IMG/VR virus record: IMGVR_UViG_3300007169_000009
Reading direction: 5' to 3' (one strand)
Origin: an uncultured virus (IMG/VR IMGVR_UViG_3300007169_000009)
Lineage: Duplodnaviria; Heunggongvirae; Uroviricota; Caudoviricetes
DNA: 64,000 nt
The position numbers and the translations under genes were made by a program. This document shows, one piece after another, positions 47,581 through 55,777 of this stretch; the first letter of the stretch is position 1, and the number at the start of each line of letters is the position of its first letter. The notes beneath the pieces are model-generated. The model was not told the DNA's origin. It saw only the letters and a program-made list of their open reading frames with translations, and did not search any database.

Positions 47581-47788
47581 ATTGAGCCCCGCTGCACAGG
47601 CCGTTTGGAATGCCGCCTGGGTAAATACCCCTGTTCAATGTGGCGACATTGAAGGCACGCGCCGAGCCCAAGTCGCCGCCGCCCTTCGTGCTGTTGTGCA
47701 AAATAGCATTTGCATTGATGATTATGGGGACGAATGCATAGATCCAAATGACATTCTCAAAATCGTTGAAGAATTGGAGCAATTCTGA
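47573..47788 (+). CDS. cassette family B, copy 2
   Basis: ELSPAAQAVW...AAALRA. Confidence 0.7.
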   Translation: MTELSPAAQAVWNAAWVNTPVQCGDIEGTRRAQVAAALRAVVQNSICIDDYGDECIDPNDILKIVEELEQF

Positions 47789-48003
47789 TGACTGAACTCT
47801 CACATCAAGCGCAGGCGGTGCTGGATGCCTACATGAATAACTGTGGCTGGCTAGATGGTCCATTAGATAGAGATTATCGCTGTGTTGCCGCCGTTCTGCG
47901 TGCTGCTGCGGATCAGGTGGTGCCTGGAGACGGATCTCGTCGCGCCAATGAGATCCGTCTCGAATTCCTCGCCATCGCCACCGAACTGAAGAACCACCAA
48001 TGA
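47788..48003 (+). CDS. cassette family B, copy 3
   Basis: ELSHQAQAVL...AAVLRAAADQ...AIATEL. Confidence 0.7.
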   Translation: MTELSHQAQAVLDAYMNNCGWLDGPLDRDYRCVAAVLRAAADQVVPGDGSRRANEIRLEFLAIATELKNHQ

Positions 48004-48692
48004 CCATCCTCACCAAGAACACTGACAAATTGCGCAGTGAAGTGGCAGCACACGTTGCTGCAGATTCCATTGTTCAAGGTATTTACTGGGACAAAGGAAG
48101 CAAGCGTGGCTGTTTCATTGGCTGCCTTGCCAAGCGGGATGATCCCTCACTCAACGAGGCAACTTACGGGTTGCCCGTGATGGTTCAGCGCATTGCCGAA
48201 AACATTTTTGAGGCACTACCTGCTAATGAAGCCAAGGCATTTTTTGCAGCTTTGCCTGATGCGGTTGGATGCGATGGCAAGGATCTAACCAGAGTTGGCT
48301 GGCAGTTTCTTGCTGCTGAGCTGCGTTGTTTGCCCGCGCAGTCTGCTGAACTTCAGGCTGTCATTGATACAGTGATTGCAGGTATGGACCTACTTGCCAG
48401 TGGGCAAGAGTGGTCTAGGGCTGCTGCTGCTCGGTCTGCTGCCAATGCTGCTACTGGTGTTGCTTGGTGGGCTTTTGGTGCTGCTGATGCTGCTGATAAT
48501 GCTGCTGCTGCTGCTGAGCTGCGTTGTTTGCCCGCGCAGTCTGCTGAACTTCAGGCTGCCGCTGCTGCTCGGGCTGCTGCTAAGGCTGCTATTGCTGCTG
48601 TTGATGCTGATGCTGCTGCTGCTCGCTTGCGACAGCGTGACCTGCTGCTTCGCCTTATCTCTGAAGCCCCTGTTGTGGAGAACCACCAATGA
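48000..48692 (+). CDS. hypothetical protein with poly-Ala tract
   Basis: H..AD.I.QG.YW...GC.IGC N-terminus; GCT repeats. Confidence 0.7.
   Translation: MTILTKNTDKLRSEVAAHVAADSIVQGIYWDKGSKRGCFIGCLAKRDDPSLNEATYGLPVMVQRIAENIFEALPANEAKAFFAALPDAVGCDGKDLTRVGWQFLAAELRCLPAQSAELQAVIDTVIAGMDLLASGQEWSRAAAARSAANAATGVAWWAFGAADAADNAAAAAELRCLPAQSAELQAAAAARAAAKAAIAAVDADAAAARLRQRDLLLRLISEAPVVENHQ
48311..48558 (+). repeat. 50-bp perfect direct repeat (48311-48360 and 48509-48558)
   Basis: TGCTGCTGAGCTGCGTTGTTTGCCCGCGCAGTCTGCTGAACTTCAGGCTG occurs twice. Confidence 0.9.
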
Positions 48693-48907
48693 GCACTGAC
48701 ATCAAAACCTATAAGGTCGATGCTGCCTTTGCGGAGCTGCGCGGTTTTGATCACTTCGCCAAGCCACACGACTTCATTGAGGTCAGCCTGTGGCGCAACG
48801 GCGAGGGTTTTGATGCACACCTGAGCACTCACGCCGATCAAACTATTCGCCTGACCTGGGGCGAGTTCAAGGCCCTCAAGAAACTCATCAAGGAGCTAGA
48901 CAAGTGA
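48689..48907 (+). CDS. hypothetical protein
   Basis: DFIEVSLW.NGEGFD motif. Confidence 0.7.
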   Translation: MSTDIKTYKVDAAFAELRGFDHFAKPHDFIEVSLWRNGEGFDAHLSTHADQTIRLTWGEFKALKKLIKELDK

Positions 48908-49932
48908 CCAACAACTTTCGCGCCTTGTGCGCTGATCTGATTGAGGCAGTCTTGTCCGATGACAGCCACATCGACTGCACAGAAATCGCTCGCCGCGCCC
49001 GCGCCGCCCTGGCAGATGAACCGACTGTGCCCGAGGTAGTCGGCAGCGACTGGCAGCCGTGCGTCAAACTTCCGATCACCGTCCATGTGCGCGAGCAGCG
49101 CCCAGGTGAGCAGCACGTCTCAACCCGAGAGGGAATTACGCCTGTGCAGTCAGATGACTTGATCATGCTCGGCGTAGCTGGCGAGGAATACCCGATCGGT
49201 CGCGAGTTGTTCCAACGCACCTACCGCATGGGGAGCGCAGATGAACCGGCTGTGCCCGAGGGCAGGGATCCGGCCGCTGTCACGAAGCAGCCTAGTGATG
49301 CCGAACAGGTTTTGAGGCTTGCCGCAATCATCCGCGAGGTTGACGGCAACCACAGCAAAGGCGCTGCAGCCTTGGCCGAATCAATCCTTGATCACCCAGG
49401 CTTCCGCGTTGTTCTTGCCAGCTGGGGAACTTCTAATTTGACGCAAACTAAGCTGTCGCCCGCCGCTGGAGAGGTGGTGGGATTGGTCAAGATGCTAAAG
49501 GGCATTGCCTATTGGAGACTCCATGGCACCGATAAACCTACCCCGTTTGACATCCGCCAAGCAGCTCGACTCACCCGCGCCGCCGATCTGCTGCAGCGGC
49601 AGGTGGTGGTGCCGGTTCCCGTATCGGAGTGGCTGCCGGAGCCAAGTACAAAAGTGCTCGCGCACTACTTCAACGACCTAGGGCGCAAACGAACAATCTG
49701 CGCGATTTGGGTTCCCGCCAAGTCTCGCAGTGGTGACATTGGCGACGACGACGATTTCACGGAGTACGACGAAGAAGACGGCAAGTTCTACTGGCCCGAG
49801 GGCTGGTACGAAACAATCGAAAACTGGGACGACCTTGGCTACGTCAAGGTTGTCGAGGGCGAAGTGATTTACTGGCAACCGCTTCCGAAGTGGCACGCCC
49901 ACGCCCTGCCGCTGCCGGAGGTGGGCGAATGA
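48904..49932 (+). CDS. mosaic multi-domain hypothetical protein
   Basis: FRALCA.L N-terminus, T.EG...D.I..GV.GE.YP domain, DUF551-like PVSE.LP...V.YWQPLP C-terminus. Confidence 0.7.
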   Translation: MTNNFRALCADLIEAVLSDDSHIDCTEIARRARAALADEPTVPEVVGSDWQPCVKLPITVHVREQRPGEQHVSTREGITPVQSDDLIMLGVAGEEYPIGRELFQRTYRMGSADEPAVPEGRDPAAVTKQPSDAEQVLRLAAIIREVDGNHSKGAAALAESILDHPGFRVVLASWGTSNLTQTKLSPAAGEVVGLVKMLKGIAYWRLHGTDKPTPFDIRQAARLTRAADLLQRQVVVPVPVSEWLPEPSTKVLAHYFNDLGRKRTICAIWVPAKSRSGDIGDDDDFTEYDEEDGKFYWPEGWYETIENWDDLGYVKVVEGEVIYWQPLPKWHAHALPLPEVGE

Positions 49933-50018
49933 GCCTCAACGAGTTCGGCGTCCTCGCCGTAGCTTATGTGGTGGTGTGCCTGCTTAGCTTGTGGGTAGCG
50001 TCCAGAATCCTGCCATGA
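49929..50018 (+). CDS. 29-aa membrane peptide
   Basis: ATGA overlaps both neighbours; hydrophobic. Confidence 0.5.
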   Translation: MSLNEFGVLAVAYVVVCLLSLWVASRILP

Positions 50019-50209
50019 CGGAGCTGATCGACCGGATAAAGCGCGACGGCGGCACCATCGAGGTGCTGCAAGATGAACGCGGGATGACCTATCACCGCGT
50101 CTGTGCGCATGGCGTCTGTCGATCGTGCGAGGATCGCTGGCAGGCTGAAATGTACCTTGATCAAATGCTACGCTCCACGTCCTCTACTCCATCTTCTTAT
50201 GGTGCTTGA
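50015..50209 (+). CDS. hypothetical protein
   Basis: DGG.IE.L...Y.RVC..G.CR..ED.WQA. Confidence 0.65.
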   Translation: MTELIDRIKRDGGTIEVLQDERGMTYHRVCAHGVCRSCEDRWQAEMYLDQMLRSTSSTPSSYGA

Positions 50210-50924
50210 TTCTCGTTTCCGGGTTGCGTTGATCGCCGCTACACCTAATCCGCAACAGTGCATCTACGCCGCGATGCACCAGGACTACGCCGAGACGTTT
50301 GTAGTTTATGAGCAGTTGCCGGATGAAACCGTATGCGGCCATACGATCGTCCGCAAGTTGCTTGCTGGTGAACGTGGCCACTATGGCCCACTGGAGCACC
50401 CGCAGATCACGTTCAATGTCGGCTGGTTTCCGCATAGCGTGATGCAACAGGCGCGGACGCATCGCGTTGGTGTAAGTTTTGATGTTCAAAGTATGCGTTA
50501 CACAGGAGACAGAATCTGCAAAGCAGCCGCTGGGGAGCTAGAGCTGGAGGAGGTCTTTTACCTGCGTCCCGCCGGATACTATTCTGATAGAAATGGCAAA
50601 AAATATCAATACTCAGAGCATCAAAGAAGCAAGGATCTTGATTTATGTCAAGAAGCGGCCAGCAGATACTCTGATCTGATTCTTGGCGGCTTTGCGGAAG
50701 AGCACGCTAGGGGGATTTTGCCCTTTGACTATCGCCAGCACTTTGTAGTGAGCTTTTCGCTGCGAGCATTCTTGCATTTTATGGATTTACGTGCCAAGCT
50801 TGATGCTCAAGAAGAAATCCGCGTCTTGTGCGATTTGATGTGGCCCCATGCGCAGGCCTGGGTGCCGGAAATCGCCGCATGGTATGAGAAAAACCGCCTG
50901 CGCAAAGCGCGTCTTGCGCCGTGA
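50199..50924 (+). CDS. thyX: FAD-dependent thymidylate synthase
   Basis: GHYGPLEH, QQARTHRVGVSFDVQSMRY, EHARGILP, HFMDLR...AQ.EIR. Confidence 0.95.
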   Translation: MVLDSRFRVALIAATPNPQQCIYAAMHQDYAETFVVYEQLPDETVCGHTIVRKLLAGERGHYGPLEHPQITFNVGWFPHSVMQQARTHRVGVSFDVQSMRYTGDRICKAAAGELELEEVFYLRPAGYYSDRNGKKYQYSEHQRSKDLDLCQEAASRYSDLILGGFAEEHARGILPFDYRQHFVVSFSLRAFLHFMDLRAKLDAQEEIRVLCDLMWPHAQAWVPEIAAWYEKNRLRKARLAP

Positions 50925-51724
50925 GCGGAATGGCAATCTGTCCTAATTGCAGCTCTGATGCAACCAAAGTAATTGAGTCCACCCAGCTGCATGATGGGGG
51001 CCGCCGTCGTCGCCATTTATGCCATAGCTGCGGCTTTAGATGGTCAACTTGGGCTGGCGCCCCTCCGCGCAGAGGCCGCCTCCCAAATTCAAGACCCGGC
51101 AGAAAAAGCAAGCCTCCGCTCACGGAAGATCAGGTAAGGCTGATTCTCCTGTCTCCTCTTAGCTCGTCAAAGCTTGCCCGCCAGCTGAATAGGCCGGTTG
51201 AAACTGTTGCTGGCGTTCGCCGTGGACAGTTTCACAAAAATACACTGCCAGAGCTGCCGAGGCGCAAGCCTGAGCCTCGGCGGACCTATCAAAAAGCATT
51301 GCCAGAAGGCCTCCCATCGTGTAGGCTGTGTAAGCACTGGAGTAACAGCAAGTGTGGCATGGGTTTCCCGGACCCAATTTACGAAGGGCCTGGATTCGCA
51401 GCTGAATGCAGCGTCTATGCGCCATTGGCCGCTCGGCCCGCCAATCAGCCAACGCAAAAAAATCATGGCGAGGCGGCGAAAGCGCCTGAGCCCCTGATTC
51501 TTGCGCTTTACAGGAATCACTATGTATCGCCCGATGATTGGTGGTTCAGCTGCCCAAGGGCGGAAGATGCCACCAGCGATGAATGCTCCTGCGGGGCGGG
51601 CGCTCACAATGCAAGGCTCGATGCCCTGGTGGCCGCCCTTGGCAGCTCGGAACCAGAGCTGGCAAAGCTCAATGCTGTAATCGAAAAATTCCTCAAACCA
51701 GTAAAAGAAAATGGCACTAGATGA
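50921..51724 (+). CDS. NrdR-like zinc-ribbon regulator with further Cys-rich regions
   Basis: CPNC...KVIES...RRRR..C..CG.RWST; central HTH-like segment. Confidence 0.65.
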   Translation: MSGMAICPNCSSDATKVIESTQLHDGGRRRRHLCHSCGFRWSTWAGAPPRRGRLPNSRPGRKSKPPLTEDQVRLILLSPLSSSKLARQLNRPVETVAGVRRGQFHKNTLPELPRRKPEPRRTYQKALPEGLPSCRLCKHWSNSKCGMGFPDPIYEGPGFAAECSVYAPLAARPANQPTQKNHGEAAKAPEPLILALYRNHYVSPDDWWFSCPRAEDATSDECSCGAGAHNARLDALVAALGSSEPELAKLNAVIEKFLKPVKENGTR

Positions 51725-51941
51725 TGACTTTCGTTTTGGCAGATTTGTGGGCATTGCCATTACAATTTGTTTTTGGCTTTTCTTGCTTATCAGCTTGCGC
51801 AAGAAGCTGATTAAGTGGTTGCTTGATGCAGCCATGCAGGCGGCTGGCGCAAGCCAGTCCACAGTGGCGAGGATGCCCGCATTGGCGGCTCAAATTGTCG
51901 GTGAGCACGCCGAGTTGCTGCAATGGAGCCAGGCAAAATGA
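51711..51941 (+). CDS. hypothetical membrane protein
   Basis: N-terminal hydrophobic segment. Confidence 0.45.
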   Translation: MALDDDFRFGRFVGIAITICFWLFLLISLRKKLIKWLLDAAMQAAGASQSTVARMPALAAQIVGEHAELLQWSQAK

Positions 51942-52246
51942 TGGAAAAACATCGCCACAGGCTTTGGCTCAACATCATGGAAGACCTTGGGCCGCCAGAG
52001 GGGTGCATTGTTCCAGCCTGGCTTGTGTGTGTCCATGCGATGCTTTTTCCTTTGCAGGGATTGCGCTGGATCATTGATAGACACATGGGCTATGATCCAC
52101 TTCGCATGGTGTGGACAATACACGGAATTGACTATTCTGATCGCATCTTCCACCGCCTTGCTATTGCTGATGGAGTATTGTATCGGTTTGTTACTGTGAA
52201 CAAGGTTTTGACCGTTGAAATTATTGCACAGCCGCCAAAGGAGTAA
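51938..52246 (+). CDS. hypothetical protein
   Basis: Operon-coupled ORF. Confidence 0.55.
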   Translation: MMEKHRHRLWLNIMEDLGPPEGCIVPAWLVCVHAMLFPLQGLRWIIDRHMGYDPLRMVWTIHGIDYSDRIFHRLAIADGVLYRFVTVNKVLTVEIIAQPPKE

Positions 52247-52248
52247 AA

Positions 52249-52566
52249 ATGAAGATAACGAGTGGATTGTTTAGTTTTTCTAGGGCAGAAGTTGTTCGCG
52301 CCAGCCTGCTGCTGAGACCTACAATTGGCAGCTCCATTTGGATGACGCTTAACTCACATAGGCTTTTGATGTTTTTGCCTTTGAATTGGAGAGTCTTAAA
52401 TAGGGAGGTCTTACTGCGTCTTGGCTATCAATTCACTGTCATTGGCATTGAATGGGAGTCAATTCAACAGGTTGAAATTGCTTTGCTTTATTTTCAAAGG
52501 CTGGGTCTAGCAGAAATTTGGGAAGACACATCAAATGGCAAGATCATGGTTCGGCGGAAATCCTAG
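52249..52566 (+). CDS. hypothetical protein
   Basis: AGGAG RBS. Confidence 0.55.
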   Translation: MKITSGLFSFSRAEVVRASLLLRPTIGSSIWMTLNSHRLLMFLPLNWRVLNREVLLRLGYQFTVIGIEWESIQQVEIALLYFQRLGLAEIWEDTSNGKIMVRRKS

Positions 52567-52570
52567 TCCA

Positions 52571-53005
52571 ATGCCAAATCAAATTTATTCTTCAACTGGA
52601 AGAAAAATTCCATCTAAAATGCAGTGCCCTAAGTGCAGATTTTTATTTTCAAAAGTTATTTCAACCAATGAAGACGAATCGGGAGTAACGCTCCGCAAGC
52701 GTCGCTGCAAACAATGTGAGCACGTATTTTTTACAGCTCAAGAGCCAGAATACATGGTAAAAGGCGAAAACATTGCGTGGAGGAATGGCAAACTGTCTTT
52801 GCGCGATAATTCTGCCCCACTCACAGGTCTTGGGATTTCCACCCAGCCTTGTCACGCTTTAATGAGGGCTGGTTACAAAACTATCAATCAAGTTGTAGGA
52901 TTAAGCGATGATCAAATACTTGCTATTAGAGGGGTTGGCGTGAAGTTCTTGCTTGAAATTCGCACTGCTATTCGTAGGTGGAAGGACCGCCCGGAAGACT
53001 TTTAG
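52571..53005 (+). CDS. NrdR-like Zn ribbon fused to RNAP alpha-CTD-like domain
   Basis: CPKC...KVIST...RKRRC..C...F.T plus LGISTQPCHALMRAGYKTINQVVGLSDDQILAIRGVGVKFLLEI. Confidence 0.7.
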   Translation: MPNQIYSSTGRKIPSKMQCPKCRFLFSKVISTNEDESGVTLRKRRCKQCEHVFFTAQEPEYMVKGENIAWRNGKLSLRDNSAPLTGLGISTQPCHALMRAGYKTINQVVGLSDDQILAIRGVGVKFLLEIRTAIRRWKDRPEDF

Positions 53006-53267
53006 CTTCAGGGTTAAACTCTCTATCTTCAAGACTTGTCGTCAATAGCTTATGCTTGCTTAGTTTCATTTTCCATTGAGCCGCCCAAATTCTTAAAGTT
53101 TCGTGGTCAAGCACTTTCCTGGAGTCATCATTTATGCAGGCAAATTTTTTTTCAAGCAATGAAGAGAGGTTTTCAAACTGCTCCGCACAGCTTTGCGCCA
53201 CCGATAGCGCTGTTTCGTAGGCAGCCTGGATTTCCAATTTTTCTGTTTCGCTTAGCGGAAGTTTCAT
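52968..53267 (-). CDS. hypothetical protein
   Basis: MKLPLSETEK... helical ORF on minus strand. Confidence 0.45.
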   Translation of the reverse strand: MKLPLSETEKLEIQAAYETALSVAQSCAEQFENLSSLLEKKFACINDDSRKVLDHETLRIWAAQWKMKLSKHKLLTTSLEDREFNPEAKSLPGGPSTYE

Positions 53268-53286
53268 TGATCTTGCGAATTGTGAT

Positions 53287-53952
53287 TTGAGCCCAAGCGG
53301 GATAAGACTTCTCCAGGTGGAGCAGGGCCGATTGATTGCCACCAGTCCAGTCACTCAGGGTTCCCAGGATTGGGGGATGCCCATCCTGAACAACGGTGAA
53401 ACGGTAGGAGGTCGGTTCCATGGTGGTACTCTATACCTTGACGGTGGATCCTGCAAGGTGCCAAGAACGGTAAAGGGCAAGACAAGGTTCCCATTCCGAA
53501 TTACGATCGTTCCGCCTGGGAAGCCGGAGCGCCGGTCGCCGTGGATTGGCACTCACCGATGGAAGCATCGAGCCATTTATACCATGAAGATGAAGCTTTC
53601 AATTCAAATAGAAAAAGCTTTAACCAGGGCAGGCTGGAAATGGTTTAAGTTCTATTCTGTTCGTGGATATGGGGTGCCTGGACGGCTTGAGTTTATATGT
53701 CCATACTCTTCAATGGTTGCAAAAACAATTTGCCAGCAAGAAGCAATCTATGTCAGAAGGTACTGGGCTCTCTGCGCGGAAAAATCTCAGGAAGTGTTGG
53801 ATTGGCTTTGTCAGCTAGATCCAGCCAGGTACTCTGCCCAACTTCACAGCTACCTGCTTAGAACAATTATTATTTCGTACAACGCAAGAGAAATTGACAA
53901 ATACGAGCAATCAAATCCGTTTCAGCAGGCAAAGCCATGGCAAGAGCTGTAA
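53287..53952 (+). CDS. hypothetical protein (start uncertain, probably later)
   Basis: ORF overlapping next gene. Confidence 0.5.
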   Translation: MSPSGIRLLQVEQGRLIATSPVTQGSQDWGMPILNNGETVGGRFHGGTLYLDGGSCKVPRTVKGKTRFPFRITIVPPGKPERRSPWIGTHRWKHRAIYTMKMKLSIQIEKALTRAGWKWFKFYSVRGYGVPGRLEFICPYSSMVAKTICQQEAIYVRRYWALCAEKSQEVLDWLCQLDPARYSAQLHSYLLRTIIISYNAREIDKYEQSNPFQQAKPWQEL

Positions 53953-54476
53953 AATATCACGAAATGTTCACGAAGGAGGGATGTCCAGTTTTTTCTTCAA
54001 CACAAACCGAGAACCGAATAGCGCTTTGCAAAAAAGCTCTGTGTCCAGATAGGTCGCTAATTATTCGATTTAACGATTGCTATGAGTCTGACTCTGAAGC
54101 CGCAAGGTATCGCAAGCTCCGCTTTCTTTCTGGAGAATATTTTGATGAAAATGCAAAAAGCCTGAGGGAGTTGGGCTGGGGAGGTCGCTACAAAACTCCA
54201 AAGTATGCGATAGAGGGTGGCTTCTACCCATTTGTAAGGTGTATGCAAAAAACTAGGCCCGTTGACGCTGGGATTATCTGGGTTGGAACTAGGCATGAGT
54301 ATCCTAGGATTTGGCTTAATAATCTTGTGGCTTCCTGGCTTTGTCCTTATACAAAAGCTGGATACGTGATGACCGAGCCGTTTGAGCCGATTGATCGCGT
54401 GCTGGCAAACTGGCATCGCCTGTCTGATAGGCGCCTGTATCCGGCGCTAATGCTGCCCCCGGTCCCAGACGCTTAA
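53937..54476 (+). CDS. hypothetical protein
   Basis: 179-aa ORF. Confidence 0.6.
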   Translation: MARAVKYHEMFTKEGCPVFSSTQTENRIALCKKALCPDRSLIIRFNDCYESDSEAARYRKLRFLSGEYFDENAKSLRELGWGGRYKTPKYAIEGGFYPFVRCMQKTRPVDAGIIWVGTRHEYPRIWLNNLVASWLCPYTKAGYVMTEPFEPIDRVLANWHRLSDRRLYPALMLPPVPDA

Positions 54477-54543
54477 AAAATGCTTGGGCCGCGCCTGTAA
54501 GCCGCTTTGCGTGCTAGGCTTTTAAGGCCAACCAAAACACGCT

Positions 54544-55023
54544 ATGGCAGTGCCAGCCCGTGAGCCAGACTGGGTTCAGTTTGAGCCAAAAACGCTTCAC
54601 GATCGCATGATGATCGAGGCCGAAACGCAAATTCAGCACAACTGGACTGACGTTGCGATTCACGATAAATACAAGCTGCGCCAAATCCCCGAGGATCACG
54701 CCTGCCTGTGGGTAGTGAGGGGCGAGGGCTCCAACCTGCTCCCTGCGTATTGCGAGCTTGCGGATGCCGACAAGTGGAAGAAAGAGCAAGGCAAGGGAAT
54801 TTCTTCCCTGGTGGCCTTCTTCTGCATGTGCCAGGACTACTTCGCAAAGTTTAGGCAAAAGTTTGATCCTGCGGTCAATAGTTACTACATCGTCATTAAG
54901 GGCAAGGACGACAGCGGCGGCCAGATACTGCCGGTTTCTTTTCAAGAAATTGCAGATTTTGTGATGGCTGGCAACTTTATCTGGACCGAAGACGGCTACC
55001 AGCTCCCAAGCGAGGTTTCTTGA
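54544..55023 (+). CDS. hypothetical protein
   Basis: Preceded by GCTAGGCT motif. Confidence 0.65.
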   Translation: MAVPAREPDWVQFEPKTLHDRMMIEAETQIQHNWTDVAIHDKYKLRQIPEDHACLWVVRGEGSNLLPAYCELADADKWKKEQGKGISSLVAFFCMCQDYFAKFRQKFDPAVNSYYIVIKGKDDSGGQILPVSFQEIADFVMAGNFIWTEDGYQLPSEVS

Positions 55024-55026
55024 TCA

Positions 55027-55296
55027 ATGAAAAAAATTCTTTTTTCTGCTTTTTTTGTTGCTGAGGTCGCCTGCTCTGGCGCGTTTGCCGCTCAGGTTGA
55101 TCCAGAGACTTTCGCCCTGGCTTTTTGCGCAGCCAGGCGGCATGGCGTCGCCACCAGGGCGGCAGCTCGACTTGCGACTGACGTTGCCATTGATTTGGAC
55201 AAGCCTTCGGCCCCGATGATTGGCAATTCTCCGGCCGACGCGAAAGCGTCTGTCCGCGCTGCATTTGCAAGGTGCCCAGAGTTCTTCGCCGACTAA
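55027..55296 (+). CDS. hypothetical secreted-like protein
   Basis: Signal-peptide-like N-terminus; FC..R..G...CPE. Confidence 0.6.
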   Translation: MKKILFSAFFVAEVACSGAFAAQVDPETFALAFCAARRHGVATRAAARLATDVAIDLDKPSAPMIGNSPADAKASVRAAFARCPEFFAD

Positions 55297-55309
55297 GGGG
55301 CTCCAGCTG

Positions 55310-55338
55310 TTGACAGCCAGGCCCTAAGCCAGTAAGAT
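55310..55338 (+). promoter_or_regulatory. sigma70-type promoter
   Basis: TTGACA-N17-TAAGAT. Confidence 0.8.
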
Positions 55339-55379
55339 CAGACAGCTGCAACGCAGCGCCATCCATTCGCCCAAAGGCC

Positions 55380-55544
55380 ATGACACCTCAAAAGTTTCCG
55401 CTCACTGAAAACATGCGTCGCTATGGCGGCAATTTTATCGCCAAGCTTGCAGATGCAATGATCGCCGCCGACCCCGCGAACTTTCAAAGGCTGTGCGCCG
55501 CATTCCCGGATGTGGTCGAGAAGTATTCGGAGACAATGGAATGA
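55380..55544 (+). CDS. conserved small phage protein (54 aa, not in ORF track)
   Basis: M..YGG.F...LA.A...AD..N..RL..AFP motif. Confidence 0.7.
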   Translation: MTPQKFPLTENMRRYGGNFIAKLADAMIAADPANFQRLCAAFPDVVEKYSETME

Positions 55545-55777
55545 AGTTTTCCAATGTCGCGGAAGCTCTCGATGCTTGCGAAAAAGCCGGCCTTGAACCG
55601 AGGCCGCATGTTACGGGGCTGGGAGAGCAAACCTATTGGGTCCATCTTCCGGGCTCCACGCGAGGCGAATGCTTTTGCAATGATTCTCAGTTCCTCGGAT
55701 GGGCAAATGCCTATTTCGATGAAAAAGAAGATGACGGGCCTGAAGGCGAGGAGGACTGGCTTTATGTGGAAGCTTGA
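55541..55777 (+). CDS. hypothetical acidic protein
   Basis: ATGA coupling. Confidence 0.55.
   Translation: MKFSNVAEALDACEKAGLEPRPHVTGLGEQTYWVHLPGSTRGECFCNDSQFLGWANAYFDEKEDDGPEGEEDWLYVEA

Noticed and set aside
46570..48700. Repeats resembling a CRISPR array or DGR template/variable pair
   Set aside because: Repeats are coding, imperfect and irregularly spaced; mismatches are not adenine-specific; no cas or reverse transcriptase in the window
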